Origin: an uncultured bacterium
Lineage (GTDB): Bacteria; Patescibacteriota; Minisyncoccia; Phycocordibacterales; PALSA-1337
Reading direction: 5' to 3'
Assembly (NCBI GenBank): GCA_903900935.1
Contig: CAIUOX010000033.1
Location: 1 to 61,354, forward strand
Length of the DNA stretch: 61,354 nucleotides
Shown: in pieces, positions 1 through 8,842 of the stretch
How the letters are laid out: each line of letters opens with the position of its first letter
How positions within the stretch are numbered: the first letter of the stretch is position 1
The notes under the pieces: generated by a model
The model's database searches: none
The model's input: only the letters and a program-made list of their open reading frames with translations
What the model was told of the DNA's origin: nothing
Position numbers and translations under genes: made by a program

Positions 1-122
1 GATACTACCTTTTTACTCTGTTCTTTAGGCACACATACCAAATCATCACGGAGCTTCACGAAGTGAAAATATCACAGCCCTTCTTGGTTCTTCTTGTATT
101 TAATGTTACATTTTTATGTATT

Positions 123-1295
123 ATGATAAAGCGCCGAATATATCTAGATTACGCCTCAATTACACCAATAGACCCACTAGTCATTCGTGAGATGTCTGCA
201 TATTCTTCCAATGCATATGCAAACCCATCTTCTTTATATACAGAAGGTGTTTCCGCAAAGAAAGCACTTCAAGATGCTCACAAAATTACCGCCGATTTCA
301 TTCATGCACATAGTGATGAGATAATATTTACATCTGGTGGTACTGAAACAAATAATATTGCCATTGCTGGTGCTATTCAAGCTCTTCATGCTCAAGGTGT
401 GCCATATAAGGATATGCACATAGTAATGAGTGCTATTGAACATTCGTCAGTGCGTGAATGTGCAAATTTCTTGAATGAATTAGAAGTATCTGTGGACGTT
501 GTTGCTGTTGATATACACGGCATCGTTGATCTTCCTGATCTTAAAAAGAAGATTAGATCAAATACAGTTATCGTTTCTATTATGACTGTGAATAATGAAA
601 TTGGATCTCTTCAGCCTATTCGTGAGATTGCAAAGATTATTCGTGATGCTCGAAAATTAGGTGGACATCAAAGTCCATTTGCGTTTCAAACATATCAGTA
701 TCCAATATTGCACACCGATGCGGCACAAGCACTTCTCTATGAAGATTTGAATGTAGAAAAACTCGGTGTTGATATGCTCACACTCGATAGTAGTAAAATC
801 TATGGTCCACGTGGAATCGGTGCACTCTATATAAAACGTAAGACTCCTGTTGTTGCGGTTACTCATGGTGGAGGTCAGGAGGCAGGAATGAGACCGGGCA
901 CTGAAAATATTCCATCACTCATGGGCTTTGCCAAGGCGCTCACTATTGCCCAAGCAGAACGCAAATCAGAAATTATTCGTATAGGAAAACTTCGTGACTA
1001 TTTTATTGAAAAAATACAGACAGTTCGTGAAGGTGTAAAAATCAATGGTTCAGGAATGCATATCGTGAACGTCTCTATTCCTCGTATTGACAATGAGTTT
1101 TTTGTTATTCAGTTAGATGCTCATGGTATAGCATGTTCTACCAAGAGCTCATGTCTACGAGATGAAGATGAATCATACGTCTTGAAATCAATAGGAGCTG
1201 ATAGTCGCACCTCAATTCGATTCTCATTTGGCAGATGGTCAAAGAAAGGGGATGTGGATGAGACAATTAAGGTTATCAAGAAGGTATTGTTTTAG
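123..1295 (+). CDS. cysteine desulfurase (class V aminotransferase, NifS/IscS-like)
   Basis: ORF 63..1295. Has RIYLDYASITP at the N-terminus and a PLP-lysine region SSKIYGPRGIGALY (compare IscS HKIYGPKGIGALY). ATG at 123 is more plausible than GTG at 63, which adds a hydrophobic non-conserved extension. Confidence 0.85.
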   Translation: MIKRRIYLDYASITPIDPLVIREMSAYSSNAYANPSSLYTEGVSAKKALQDAHKITADFIHAHSDEIIFTSGGTETNNIAIAGAIQALHAQGVPYKDMHIVMSAIEHSSVRECANFLNELEVSVDVVAVDIHGIVDLPDLKKKIRSNTVIVSIMTVNNEIGSLQPIREIAKIIRDARKLGGHQSPFAFQTYQYPILHTDAAQALLYEDLNVEKLGVDMLTLDSSKIYGPRGIGALYIKRKTPVVAVTHGGGQEAGMRPGTENIPSLMGFAKALTIAQAERKSEIIRIGKLRDYFIEKIQTVREGVKINGSGMHIVNVSIPRIDNEFFVIQLDAHGIACSTKSSCLRDEDESYVLKSIGADSRTSIRFSFGRWSKKGDVDETIKVIKKVLF

Positions 1296-1336
1296 CGATT
1301 GAATTGTGAATATGGAACTTATCCACAGGTGAGCAC

Positions 1337-1365
1337 TTGCAGGTGAACGATTGTTCACCTATACT
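1337..1365 (+). promoter_or_regulatory. SOS-regulated promoter: -35 TTGCAG, LexA (Cheo-type) box GGTGAAC-GATT-GTTCACC, -10 TATACT
   Basis: TTGCAG (1337-1342), then a perfect 7-4-7 palindrome at 1342-1359 containing GAAC-N4-GTTC, then TATACT (1360-1365). The box overlaps the last base of the -35 and fills the 17-nt spacer. lexA lies downstream. Confidence 0.7.
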
Positions 1366-1393
1366 ATATACATAGTAATTAAGCCCTACACAT

Positions 1394-1594
1394 ATGAGCA
1401 AACACCAAACAATCAAAACCATTCGTCGCGAACTCGACAAACTCAACCAAGAGATAGACCTACGTATTATTCGTGGTATATCATATACTCGTGAGGCCCG
1501 TCGTCACAAGTTCCTTATTGCGCAACTCAAACGCTTGTCACCACAGAGGACGATGTTTGGTTCATTCAGCTTCATGCATACATTTATGTTTTAA
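1394..1594 (+). CDS. small hypothetical protein (66 aa), first gene of the putative SOS-regulated lexA operon
   Basis: ORF ends 8 nt before the lexA ATG and lies downstream of the SOS-box promoter. Basic helical N-terminus and hydrophobic tail MFGSFSFMHTFMF. No recognisable family. Confidence 0.45.
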   Translation: MSKHQTIKTIRRELDKLNQEIDLRIIRGISYTREARRHKFLIAQLKRLSPQRTMFGSFSFMHTFMF

Positions 1595-1602
1595 TATCAT
1601 TC

Positions 1603-2169
1603 ATGTCCTCACCACATCAGAACAAAATACTTTTATTCTATCGGGACAATCGCCGTATGCCGACATATTCGGAGATTATGAAGATTCTTGGTTTCAAGTC
1701 AAAGAATGCAGTTTACAAGCTCGTCAACAAATTGATTGAGCAAGGTATTGTGACAAAAGATTCCAGTGGACGACTTTCTCCATTGCGCATGATCGGTGAA
1801 TTACCTCTTCTTGGTTTGGTTGAAGCTGGTATTCCGACTGTTGCTGAGGAACAGGATCTTGATACGATTAGTCTTGATGATTATTTGATTAGTGACAAGT
1901 CTGCTTCATATATGCTCGAAGTCAAAGGCGAGTCTATGATTGATGCAGGTATCCAAGAAGGTGACTTAGTCATTGCTATGCGGTCTACTGTTGCAAAAGA
2001 TGGAGATATTGTCATTGCCGAGGTTGATGGTGGTTGGACGATGAAGTATTATCGCAAGACAGGTAGCAAGGTCTGGCTGGAACCAGCCAATAAGAATTTC
2101 AAGAATATATATCCAGAATATGATCTCAAGATTGGTGCTGTTGTGAAGGGTGTAGTGAGGAAGTATTAG
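1603..2169 (+). CDS. lexA: LexA repressor (S24 peptidase)
   Basis: N-terminal winged HTH (YSEIMKILGFKSKNAVYKLVNKL), Ala-Gly cleavage site (LVEAGIP), catalytic Ser in KGESM and Lys in WTMKYY. Confidence 0.9.
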   Translation: MSSPHQNKILLFYRDNRRMPTYSEIMKILGFKSKNAVYKLVNKLIEQGIVTKDSSGRLSPLRMIGELPLLGLVEAGIPTVAEEQDLDTISLDDYLISDKSASYMLEVKGESMIDAGIQEGDLVIAMRSTVAKDGDIVIAEVDGGWTMKYYRKTGSKVWLEPANKNFKNIYPEYDLKIGAVVKGVVRKY

Positions 2170-2341
2170 ATACGTTTTCTAGTCAATAGCTTTGCATCAC
2201 TTTGTGATATTAAGTAGTCTGAACTAGATATTGGTAATATCGTAATGTGCTTGAGAGTGCTCATGCTCGAGGCTGGTTGCACGCAAGCCATAATTGGCCG
2301 ATAAAAAGTGAATTGTAAGAGGAGAGACCTCGGGCAATTTC

Positions 2342-2350
2342 TGTTATAAT
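2342..2350 (+). promoter_or_regulatory. extended -10 (TGTTATAAT), 7 nt before the gnd ATG (leaderless-type)
   Basis: TGnTATAAT at 2342-2350; ATG at 2358; no Shine-Dalgarno. Confidence 0.5.
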
Positions 2351-2357
2351 AGCTTTT

Positions 2358-3338
2358 ATGAAAAATACACATCCTTCAATTACAATTTTTGGTCTTGGTC
2401 GCATGGGCGCACAAATCGCTCGCAGATTGCATAAAGCTGATTTTGCAGTGCATGCTTGGAATCGCTCTCCTGAATCAGTAGTGGAGATTCAAAAATCAGG
2501 AATATGGGCAAGTTCGGATCTAGATGAAGTAGTAAAGATGCATACGCAAAGTCCACGTATATTCTGGGTGATGTTGCCACATACATTCACTGAAGAATTT
2601 ATTTTTGGTAAAAAGTATTTAGGAAAATATCTCAAGAAGGGTGATATTGTGATTGATGGTGGCAATTCATATTACAAAGAGTCAGTACGTCGCGGAGCAT
2701 TGTTAGCTAAGAAAGGTATTCATTTTTTTGATTCAGGAACATCTGGTGGTGTATGGGGCGAGAAGAATGGCTTTGCACTCATGGTGGGTGGTCCCAAGTC
2801 ACAGTGGTCTATTGTTGAGCCTATATTCAAGGCACTTTCTGCAGGTGACAATTATGCATATCTCGGTACAACTGGTGCGGGGCATTTTACCAAGATGGTT
2901 CACAATGGTATTGAATATGGCATGATGGAGGCAATTGGTGAAGGATATGCAGTTCTAGAGGCGAGTCCATTCAAGCTCAATTTGGCTGACGTAACGCGTA
3001 TTTACCAGAAAGGTTCAGTTGTGCGTTCATGGCTTATTGATCTCTGTGCAAACATTTTTGCCGAGGAAGATATTAAGAACACCTCAGGAAAGATTGATTC
3101 AAATGGTGAAGCAGAATGGACAATCAAGACCGCTAAAGAATTTGGTATTGATGCTTGCGTCATTGAAGATTCGCTCAAGGTTAGGAATGAATCAGTAGAT
3201 CCAAAGAATCAACACAAATATTCAAATAAGATTGTCGCATTACTTCGTAAGCAGTTTGGTGGGCATGCGATACATGGGAATGTAAGTCAGAAGGTGATTC
3301 GTATACCAGCAGGTATAAAAATAAAAAGACAAAAGTAG
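2358..3338 (+). CDS. gnd: 6-phosphogluconate dehydrogenase, decarboxylating (short Gnd/YqeC-like form)
   Basis: Rossmann motif FGLGRMGAQIARRL and GAGHFTKMVHNGIEYGMMEAIGEGY, characteristic of 6PGDH. Confidence 0.85.
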   Translation: MKNTHPSITIFGLGRMGAQIARRLHKADFAVHAWNRSPESVVEIQKSGIWASSDLDEVVKMHTQSPRIFWVMLPHTFTEEFIFGKKYLGKYLKKGDIVIDGGNSYYKESVRRGALLAKKGIHFFDSGTSGGVWGEKNGFALMVGGPKSQWSIVEPIFKALSAGDNYAYLGTTGAGHFTKMVHNGIEYGMMEAIGEGYAVLEASPFKLNLADVTRIYQKGSVVRSWLIDLCANIFAEEDIKNTSGKIDSNGEAEWTIKTAKEFGIDACVIEDSLKVRNESVDPKNQHKYSNKIVALLRKQFGGHAIHGNVSQKVIRIPAGIKIKRQK

Positions 3339-3357
3339 TTCATATATATTTATAAAA

Positions 3358-4062
3358 ATGTTTACATTTATATATACGCAAGATACTTCAAAGTGTATTA
3401 CTGATGTGAGTGCCAAACTTGTTTCTTACCTCAATGCTGATAAGAAAATTCTTTGGCTTATTCCTGGTGGATCAAATATTGTGTCAGCTGTTGAAATCTT
3501 GAATATGATCAAGAAGCAAGTTGATACTAATAGATTACATAATTTAGTTGTAACATTAACTGATGAGCGATATGGTCCAGTCGGTCATGTAGATTCAAAT
3601 TGGAAACAGCTCATTATTGCAGGATTTGATACTGATTCAGTACAAGCGATCCCTGTGCTTACTGGAGTGTCTTTTAAGGAAACAGTATATAACTATGACA
3701 AGAATATAAAAGTAGCCATGAAAGATAGTGATGTGATTGTTGGATTATTTGGCATGGGTTCTGATGGTCATATTGCTGGAGTCCTACCGAATACTATCGG
3801 AGTAATAAGTAAAGATCTTGCCTGTGGATATATCTCAGATAAGTTCACTCGTATAACATTAACGTTAAATATGTTGAAGGAAATCCACGTGGCTTATTTA
3901 TTTGCTTTTGGTAAATCAAAAAGAGGACCATTGAATGATCTTAAGAATAAAAATATTTCTTTGAATGAGCAACCAGCTCAGGTATTGAAGCTTGTAGCGG
4001 AAAGTTTAGTGTATCAAGATCAGTTGCCCGAGGTGAAACCTCGGACAAATACCGATATTTGA
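3358..4062 (+). CDS. pgl: 6-phosphogluconolactonase (glucosamine-6-P isomerase/6PGL family)
   Basis: IPGGSN..., LTDERYGP and GMGSDGHIAGVLPN motifs; adjacent to gnd. The 3' end carries the palindrome CCGAGGT-GAA-ACCTCGG (4028-4044). Confidence 0.75.
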   Translation: MFTFIYTQDTSKCITDVSAKLVSYLNADKKILWLIPGGSNIVSAVEILNMIKKQVDTNRLHNLVVTLTDERYGPVGHVDSNWKQLIIAGFDTDSVQAIPVLTGVSFKETVYNYDKNIKVAMKDSDVIVGLFGMGSDGHIAGVLPNTIGVISKDLACGYISDKFTRITLTLNMLKEIHVAYLFAFGKSKRGPLNDLKNKNISLNEQPAQVLKLVAESLVYQDQLPEVKPRTNTDI

Positions 4063-4108
4063 CTTTTTTATCTATATAGTATATAGTTATAACCTTAATC
4101 AAATCTCC

Positions 4109-4173
4109 TTACTGTCTTTGTAATAGGCCGTTTTCGGGGATAAAGACAGTAATTGGGCGCTATATGCGCTCCA
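4109..4173 (+). promoter_or_regulatory. structured 5' leader upstream of the DEAD-box helicase (two hairpins)
   Basis: Perfect 11-bp inverted repeat TTACTGTCTTT (4109-4119) / AAAGACAGTAA (4142-4152), followed by the hairpin TGGGCGC-TATAT-GCGCTCCA (about 4154-4173), just before the ATG at 4184. Confidence 0.4.
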
Positions 4174-4183
4174 AAATAATATA

Positions 4184-5611
4184 ATGGAACACAAACATCA
4201 TAAGCCAGTTTCTGGTGGCAAATATCTTGGGCATAAAAATACAGTATCGCGCAGTTCCGCTCATTCACGCCCATTCCCAGTAAGAAAATTTAATTCTATC
4301 TCGACACATGGAGCTTCTGCACCAAGTCGTATTTCAAAACCTTATGTTGGAGGATATCAAGGTAATCGAAGTACTGGATCTCATGGAGATCGTCCAGCTT
4401 CTAGTGGATACAAAGGTAATGCATCTCACACAAAGCAACCATATAAACGTAGTGGTTTTGGTGGTGGCAATCGTGGAGGTGGCTCACGCGGAGGTCGTGG
4501 AGGTTTTTCTCAGCGCATCGATATTTCAAAGTTTATTAAGAAGGCTGTTATCACTGAACAATCTGAAGTATTCGTGCCAGAGCATAAGTTCACTGATTTT
4601 TTGATTGATGAGCGCCTAAAAAAGAACATTCTTGGTCGTGGATATCTTGTACCTACACCAATTCAAGACAAAATTATTCCACATATTCTTCGTGGATCAG
4701 ATGTTGTGGGTATTGCAAATACAGGAACAGGTAAGACTGCAGCATTTCTTATACCACTCATCAATAAATTGCTTGCCAATCCTAAACAAAAAGTGATTAT
4801 CGTAGTTCCAACTCGCGAATTAGCTATACAGATTGAAACAGAATTCAAAGGTTTTGCACCACACCTTGGTATGTGGGCAGTTTGTTGTGTTGGTGGAGCA
4901 AGTATTGGACCTCAAATGTCTGCACTATCTCGCTCATTTAATGTCGTTATTGGAACACCTGGACGTTTGCGTGATCTAATTGAGCGCAATAAAATACGTT
5001 TGGCTGAATATGGAACTATAGTTCTAGATGAAGCTGATCGCATGCTTGATATGGGATTCATTGCTGATATACGATATATGGTTTCTCGCATGCCAAAAGA
5101 AAAGCATACTCTGTTTTTCTCAGCGACCATGTCAGATGAGATCAAGACATTGATTTCTGAATTCCTAAAAACCCCGGTATCTATTTCTGTAAAGACACAA
5201 GATACTTCTGATCGTATTGATCAGGATATTATCCGTGTGCCTGGTGGAAAGACAAAGAATGATGTGCTTTATGAGCTTCTCGCAAAACCAGAATTTGATA
5301 AGGTTATTATATTCGGTAAGACAAAGCACGGTGTTGAACGTTTGTCAGAGACACTACGTTCACGAGGTTTCGCTGCCGAATCCATTCATGGCAATAAAAG
5401 CCATGGTCAGCGCCAGAAGGCTTTGAAGCTTTTCAAGGATCACCATTCGAAGATTCTTGTAGCTACTGACGTTGCAGCACGTGGACTCGATATCTCAGGC
5501 GTGAGTCATGTTATAAATTATGATCTTCCTGCTACTTATGATGACTATGTTCACCGTATTGGTCGTACTGGTCGTGCAAATAAAACAGGAAAGGCTCTTA
5601 CATTTGTTTAA
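4184..5611 (+). CDS. DEAD-box ATP-dependent RNA helicase with an approximately 115-aa Arg/Gly/Ser-rich N-terminal extension
   Basis: Q-motif PTPIQ, motif I NTGTGKTAAF, motif II DEAD, motif III SAT, motif VI HRIGRTGR. RGG-like tract GFGGGNRGGGSRGGRGGF. Confidence 0.9.
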   Translation: MEHKHHKPVSGGKYLGHKNTVSRSSAHSRPFPVRKFNSISTHGASAPSRISKPYVGGYQGNRSTGSHGDRPASSGYKGNASHTKQPYKRSGFGGGNRGGGSRGGRGGFSQRIDISKFIKKAVITEQSEVFVPEHKFTDFLIDERLKKNILGRGYLVPTPIQDKIIPHILRGSDVVGIANTGTGKTAAFLIPLINKLLANPKQKVIIVVPTRELAIQIETEFKGFAPHLGMWAVCCVGGASIGPQMSALSRSFNVVIGTPGRLRDLIERNKIRLAEYGTIVLDEADRMLDMGFIADIRYMVSRMPKEKHTLFFSATMSDEIKTLISEFLKTPVSISVKTQDTSDRIDQDIIRVPGGKTKNDVLYELLAKPEFDKVIIFGKTKHGVERLSETLRSRGFAAESIHGNKSHGQRQKALKLFKDHHSKILVATDVAARGLDISGVSHVINYDLPATYDDYVHRIGRTGRANKTGKALTFV

Positions 5612-5617
5612 TAGATT

Positions 5618-6316
5618 TTATTTCTTTGTTCCAAATATTGTTTTGAAAAAGTAGTACCAATATTTGAGCATCAAATGAATGGTTCCTTCAGACTTGAATC
5701 GTCTGGCTGATGTCTTCATATGAAGTGATGGGTTGAATACAACATTGCCATGTCGTGCGATTTTTTGGGCTGTATCAGTATCTTCTCCGTAAAAAAGTAT
5801 AGATGTTGTATAACCACCAGCTTTGGCAAGAACATCAGCACGAATAAAATTATTACCACCAATGAGAACAGCACCTTTCTTGATGAATGGTGCTTGAAGT
5901 ATGATACTCATTAGCTTATACATATATTTTTGTGTGAATAACGAGCCATTCCTAAAGAAAAAACCTCCATCATGATAATCATATGGTCCTGTCACAGCGA
6001 CTGTACGATCTTTTTTGAAATGTTCCATGCCTCTAGATAGCCAGTCTGTTTCTGGAAGACAATCTGCATCAATATTGATGATTATATTTCCTGATGATGC
6101 TACACGACCAGCTTCACGTGCCCATAAAAGACCTTTTCTGGTTTCGTTCACTACAATTATAGGGAATGAGCGCGCTATAGTTTCGGTTGCGTCGGCACTC
6201 GCATTGTTGACTACTATTATTTCATAGTTGTGATAATCCTGAGCCAAAACCGCACGAATAGTATCGGCGATATTCTTTTCTTCATTATGTGCTGGAATGA
6301 CGATAGAAGCTTTCAT
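5618..6316 (-). CDS. family 2 glycosyltransferase
   Basis: IVIPAHNEEKNI at the N-terminus and a DADC (DxD-type) motif; GT-A fold pattern. Confidence 0.8.
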   Translation of the reverse strand: MKASIVIPAHNEEKNIADTIRAVLAQDYHNYEIIVVNNASADATETIARSFPIIVVNETRKGLLWAREAGRVASSGNIIINIDADCLPETDWLSRGMEHFKKDRTVAVTGPYDYHDGGFFFRNGSLFTQKYMYKLMSIILQAPFIKKGAVLIGGNNFIRADVLAKAGGYTTSILFYGEDTDTAQKIARHGNVVFNPSLHMKTSARRFKSEGTIHLMLKYWYYFFKTIFGTKK

Positions 6317-6323
6317 ATAGGTT

Positions 6324-7040
6324 TTAACGAACAGCTTTCCATTCTTTGGCTAGTGATTTTTTGAATACAGCGACCCAGAATGTCTCAATAGTCCATATGC
6401 TCAATAATTTTGGCCAACCATATTGATGAGCACGTCTACCATTGTGGAAGATGACTAATTTTCCATCATAGAGCGTTCTGCCGATCTTTGCGAGCTTGTT
6501 GAACATAATGCCATCTTCGCGCGTTACGAGATTTGCAGGAAATCCGCCGACTTTTTCAAAGGCATCTTTGCGCATCATTTGGAATTTACCAGATGATTCG
6601 CCACTATGAAGTACATTATTTTTTATATAGTGGACAAAATTGAATATCTTGTACATGATGACGTCTCCCAATGTCTTTACTTGTGGAAAAATGTCCAATG
6701 CTCCAGTTAGAGCAACTACATCTGGGTTTTCAAAATCATGAAGAGCTTGAGTAAAGAATTTGTCAGGATTTTCTATGAAGCTATCACCATCCATAAATAC
6801 ATATATATCACCGTGAGCTGATTTTACTCCATTGTTTCGGTTTGCGGCAATAGTTGGATGTTTTTTTTCTGGGATGAGAACTATATCAGCATATTGTCTT
6901 GCCACATCGACTGTTTTGTCTGTACTTCTATCATCACAAATGATCACCTCATGTGATAATGTCATCTTTTCCTTGAAGCATTTGATACTTTTTTCAATAT
7001 ACTTTTCTTCATTATATGTTGGGATGATGATGGAAATCAT
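6324..7040 (-). CDS. family 2 glycosyltransferase
   Basis: IIIPTYNEEKYI, ICDDRSTDKT and FMDGDS motifs. Confidence 0.8.
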   Translation of the reverse strand: MISIIIPTYNEEKYIEKSIKCFKEKMTLSHEVIICDDRSTDKTVDVARQYADIVLIPEKKHPTIAANRNNGVKSAHGDIYVFMDGDSFIENPDKFFTQALHDFENPDVVALTGALDIFPQVKTLGDVIMYKIFNFVHYIKNNVLHSGESSGKFQMMRKDAFEKVGGFPANLVTREDGIMFNKLAKIGRTLYDGKLVIFHNGRRAHQYGWPKLLSIWTIETFWVAVFKKSLAKEWKAVR

Positions 7041-7049
7041 AAAAATATA

Positions 7050-7664
7050 TTATATATTTTGAGCTTTGGCTTTTAATGTTTTGAAATATCTATAACCTAG
7101 AAATACAAGGACTATAAAAATTGCAATTATTGATATTTTTCCAAGAATATTATCAACGGTGATGTATAGATCGCTGAAGAAGAAACCAGTACCAATCAAG
7201 AATCCTGTCCAGATAAGTTGGCCCGCTATATTGATTAACATATATCTGCCAAATGGGATTTTGATCATTCCTGCAGTCGTCAATGTGACTAGTGCGAGTC
7301 CGAGACCATTTGATATCTTTGAAAGGAATAGCACAATATGTTTGTGTTTGTGGAATAGGTGAGTCATGCGTTCAACTCCTACTTCAGTAATATTGAAGCG
7401 TTTGCCGTGGCGCGCAATAAAAGAATGACCATATCTTCGTCCAACGTAATACCATATCACGTCTCCGATCACGTCTCCGATCATTAGAGAAATATATATT
7501 GGCCAAAAAAAGAAAAAGCCGAGTCGAAGTAATACGCCAAGAATAAGAGATATCCAAGGACCCTCGATGCATGCAATAACAGCGATGGCTACATATATAA
7601 GATAATTATGAATTGTACCAAAATGAATGATCCACGTAGCTATGTTAGGCAAAGTCTGATTCAT
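7050..7664 (-). CDS. DedA/SNARE-associated family membrane protein
   Basis: Multi-TM protein with a GD..WYYVGRRYG motif. Contains a perfect 12-nt tandem duplication (GDVI-GDVI). Confidence 0.75.
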   Translation of the reverse strand: MNQTLPNIATWIIHFGTIHNYLIYVAIAVIACIEGPWISLILGVLLRLGFFFFWPIYISLMIGDVIGDVIWYYVGRRYGHSFIARHGKRFNITEVGVERMTHLFHKHKHIVLFLSKISNGLGLALVTLTTAGMIKIPFGRYMLINIAGQLIWTGFLIGTGFFFSDLYITVDNILGKISIIAIFIVLVFLGYRYFKTLKAKAQNI

Positions 7665-7727
7665 GAAATAGACGTTTTAAATACATAATATAATATAGCA
7701 TATTTATATGATATATTATATTGGCAT

Positions 7728-8771
7728 ATGTTATATACGTATTTTCTCAAACCGATATTATTTAAATTTGATCCTGAGGTAATTCATGATTTTTTTGTTT
7801 CTTGTGGTGAATTCTTGGGCACCAACCCAGTAACTCGCTTTTTGGTAGGTCTAGTATATGGATATCATGGTCGCGATACTTCAAAAACCGTCGATGGTAT
7901 AACATATCGAACACCATTTTTGCTTGCAGCTGGTTTTGATTACAATGGCCGATTGAGCCAAATAATGTATAACATTGGTTTTGGAGGTGAGGAAGTTGGA
8001 TCTGTTACGGCTCGTGCCTGTGAGGGCAATGCCAAGCCACGTCTCACTCGGTTATTAGAGTCAAAAAGTATTCTTGTAAATAAGGGTCTCCGCAATGAAG
8101 GAGTAGATCAAATTATCAAAAGGCTAAAATCCAAAGGTTCAAGTTCAAAATTTGTTGTTGGCGTATCAATCGCTCATACAAATGATGCACAGTTTGTGTC
8201 GATCAAAGCAGGTATAGAAGATTACGTATATTCATTCAAGCGCTTAAATGAAGAAGGTGTCGGAGATTATTATACAATCAATATTTCATGTCCAAATACA
8301 TTTGGTGCCGAATCTTTTGCTCATCCTGATACTCTGGAACGTCTACTGTCTGCTCTATCAGCTATTCCATGCTCAAAGCCTGTTTATGTAAAAATGCCTA
8401 TTAACCTATCATGGAATGATTTTGATGCACTCTTGAAAGTTATTGTTACTCACAAGTTGAAAGGTATAATTATTGGAAATTTAAATAAAGACTATTCATT
8501 GCTTGATGTGCGTGGAGAAGCTCCCATTGAATACAAAGGTGGTCTTTCTGGGAAGCCCTGTGCGCATCTTTCAACCAATCTGATTCGTAAGACTCGTGAA
8601 GTATATGGCAAAGCATTAACAATTATTGGAGTTGGTGGTGTAATGTCTATTGAGACTGCACAAGAAAAGTTCGATGCTGGAGCTGATCTAGTACAACTTA
8701 TTTCAGGAATGATATTCGAAGGACCTGGTTTGGTAAAAAAGTTGGTGAAGAGTTATTCCAGACGAATATAG
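7728..8771 (+). CDS. pyrD: dihydroorotate dehydrogenase (quinone-type, class 2)
   Basis: N-terminal LKPILFKFDPEVIHD membrane-association helix, GFDYNG, GSVT, NISCPNT and GVGGV motifs. Confidence 0.85.
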   Translation: MLYTYFLKPILFKFDPEVIHDFFVSCGEFLGTNPVTRFLVGLVYGYHGRDTSKTVDGITYRTPFLLAAGFDYNGRLSQIMYNIGFGGEEVGSVTARACEGNAKPRLTRLLESKSILVNKGLRNEGVDQIIKRLKSKGSSSKFVVGVSIAHTNDAQFVSIKAGIEDYVYSFKRLNEEGVGDYYTINISCPNTFGAESFAHPDTLERLLSALSAIPCSKPVYVKMPINLSWNDFDALLKVIVTHKLKGIIIGNLNKDYSLLDVRGEAPIEYKGGLSGKPCAHLSTNLIRKTREVYGKALTIIGVGGVMSIETAQEKFDAGADLVQLISGMIFEGPGLVKKLVKSYSRRI

Positions 8772-8795
8772 TTTGATGCTAATTTGGTCAATATA

Positions 8796-8823
8796 AAAGC
8801 GCGTCCTCTTCAGGGCGCGCTTT
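8796..8823. terminator. bidirectional hairpin terminator between pyrD and the transposase relic
   Basis: AAAGCGCG(TCC)-TCTTCA-(GGG)CGCGCTTT. T-run on the minus-strand side; GGTTCTT on the plus side. Confidence 0.6.
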
Positions 8824-8842
8824 GGTTCTTTGAGAAATGATC

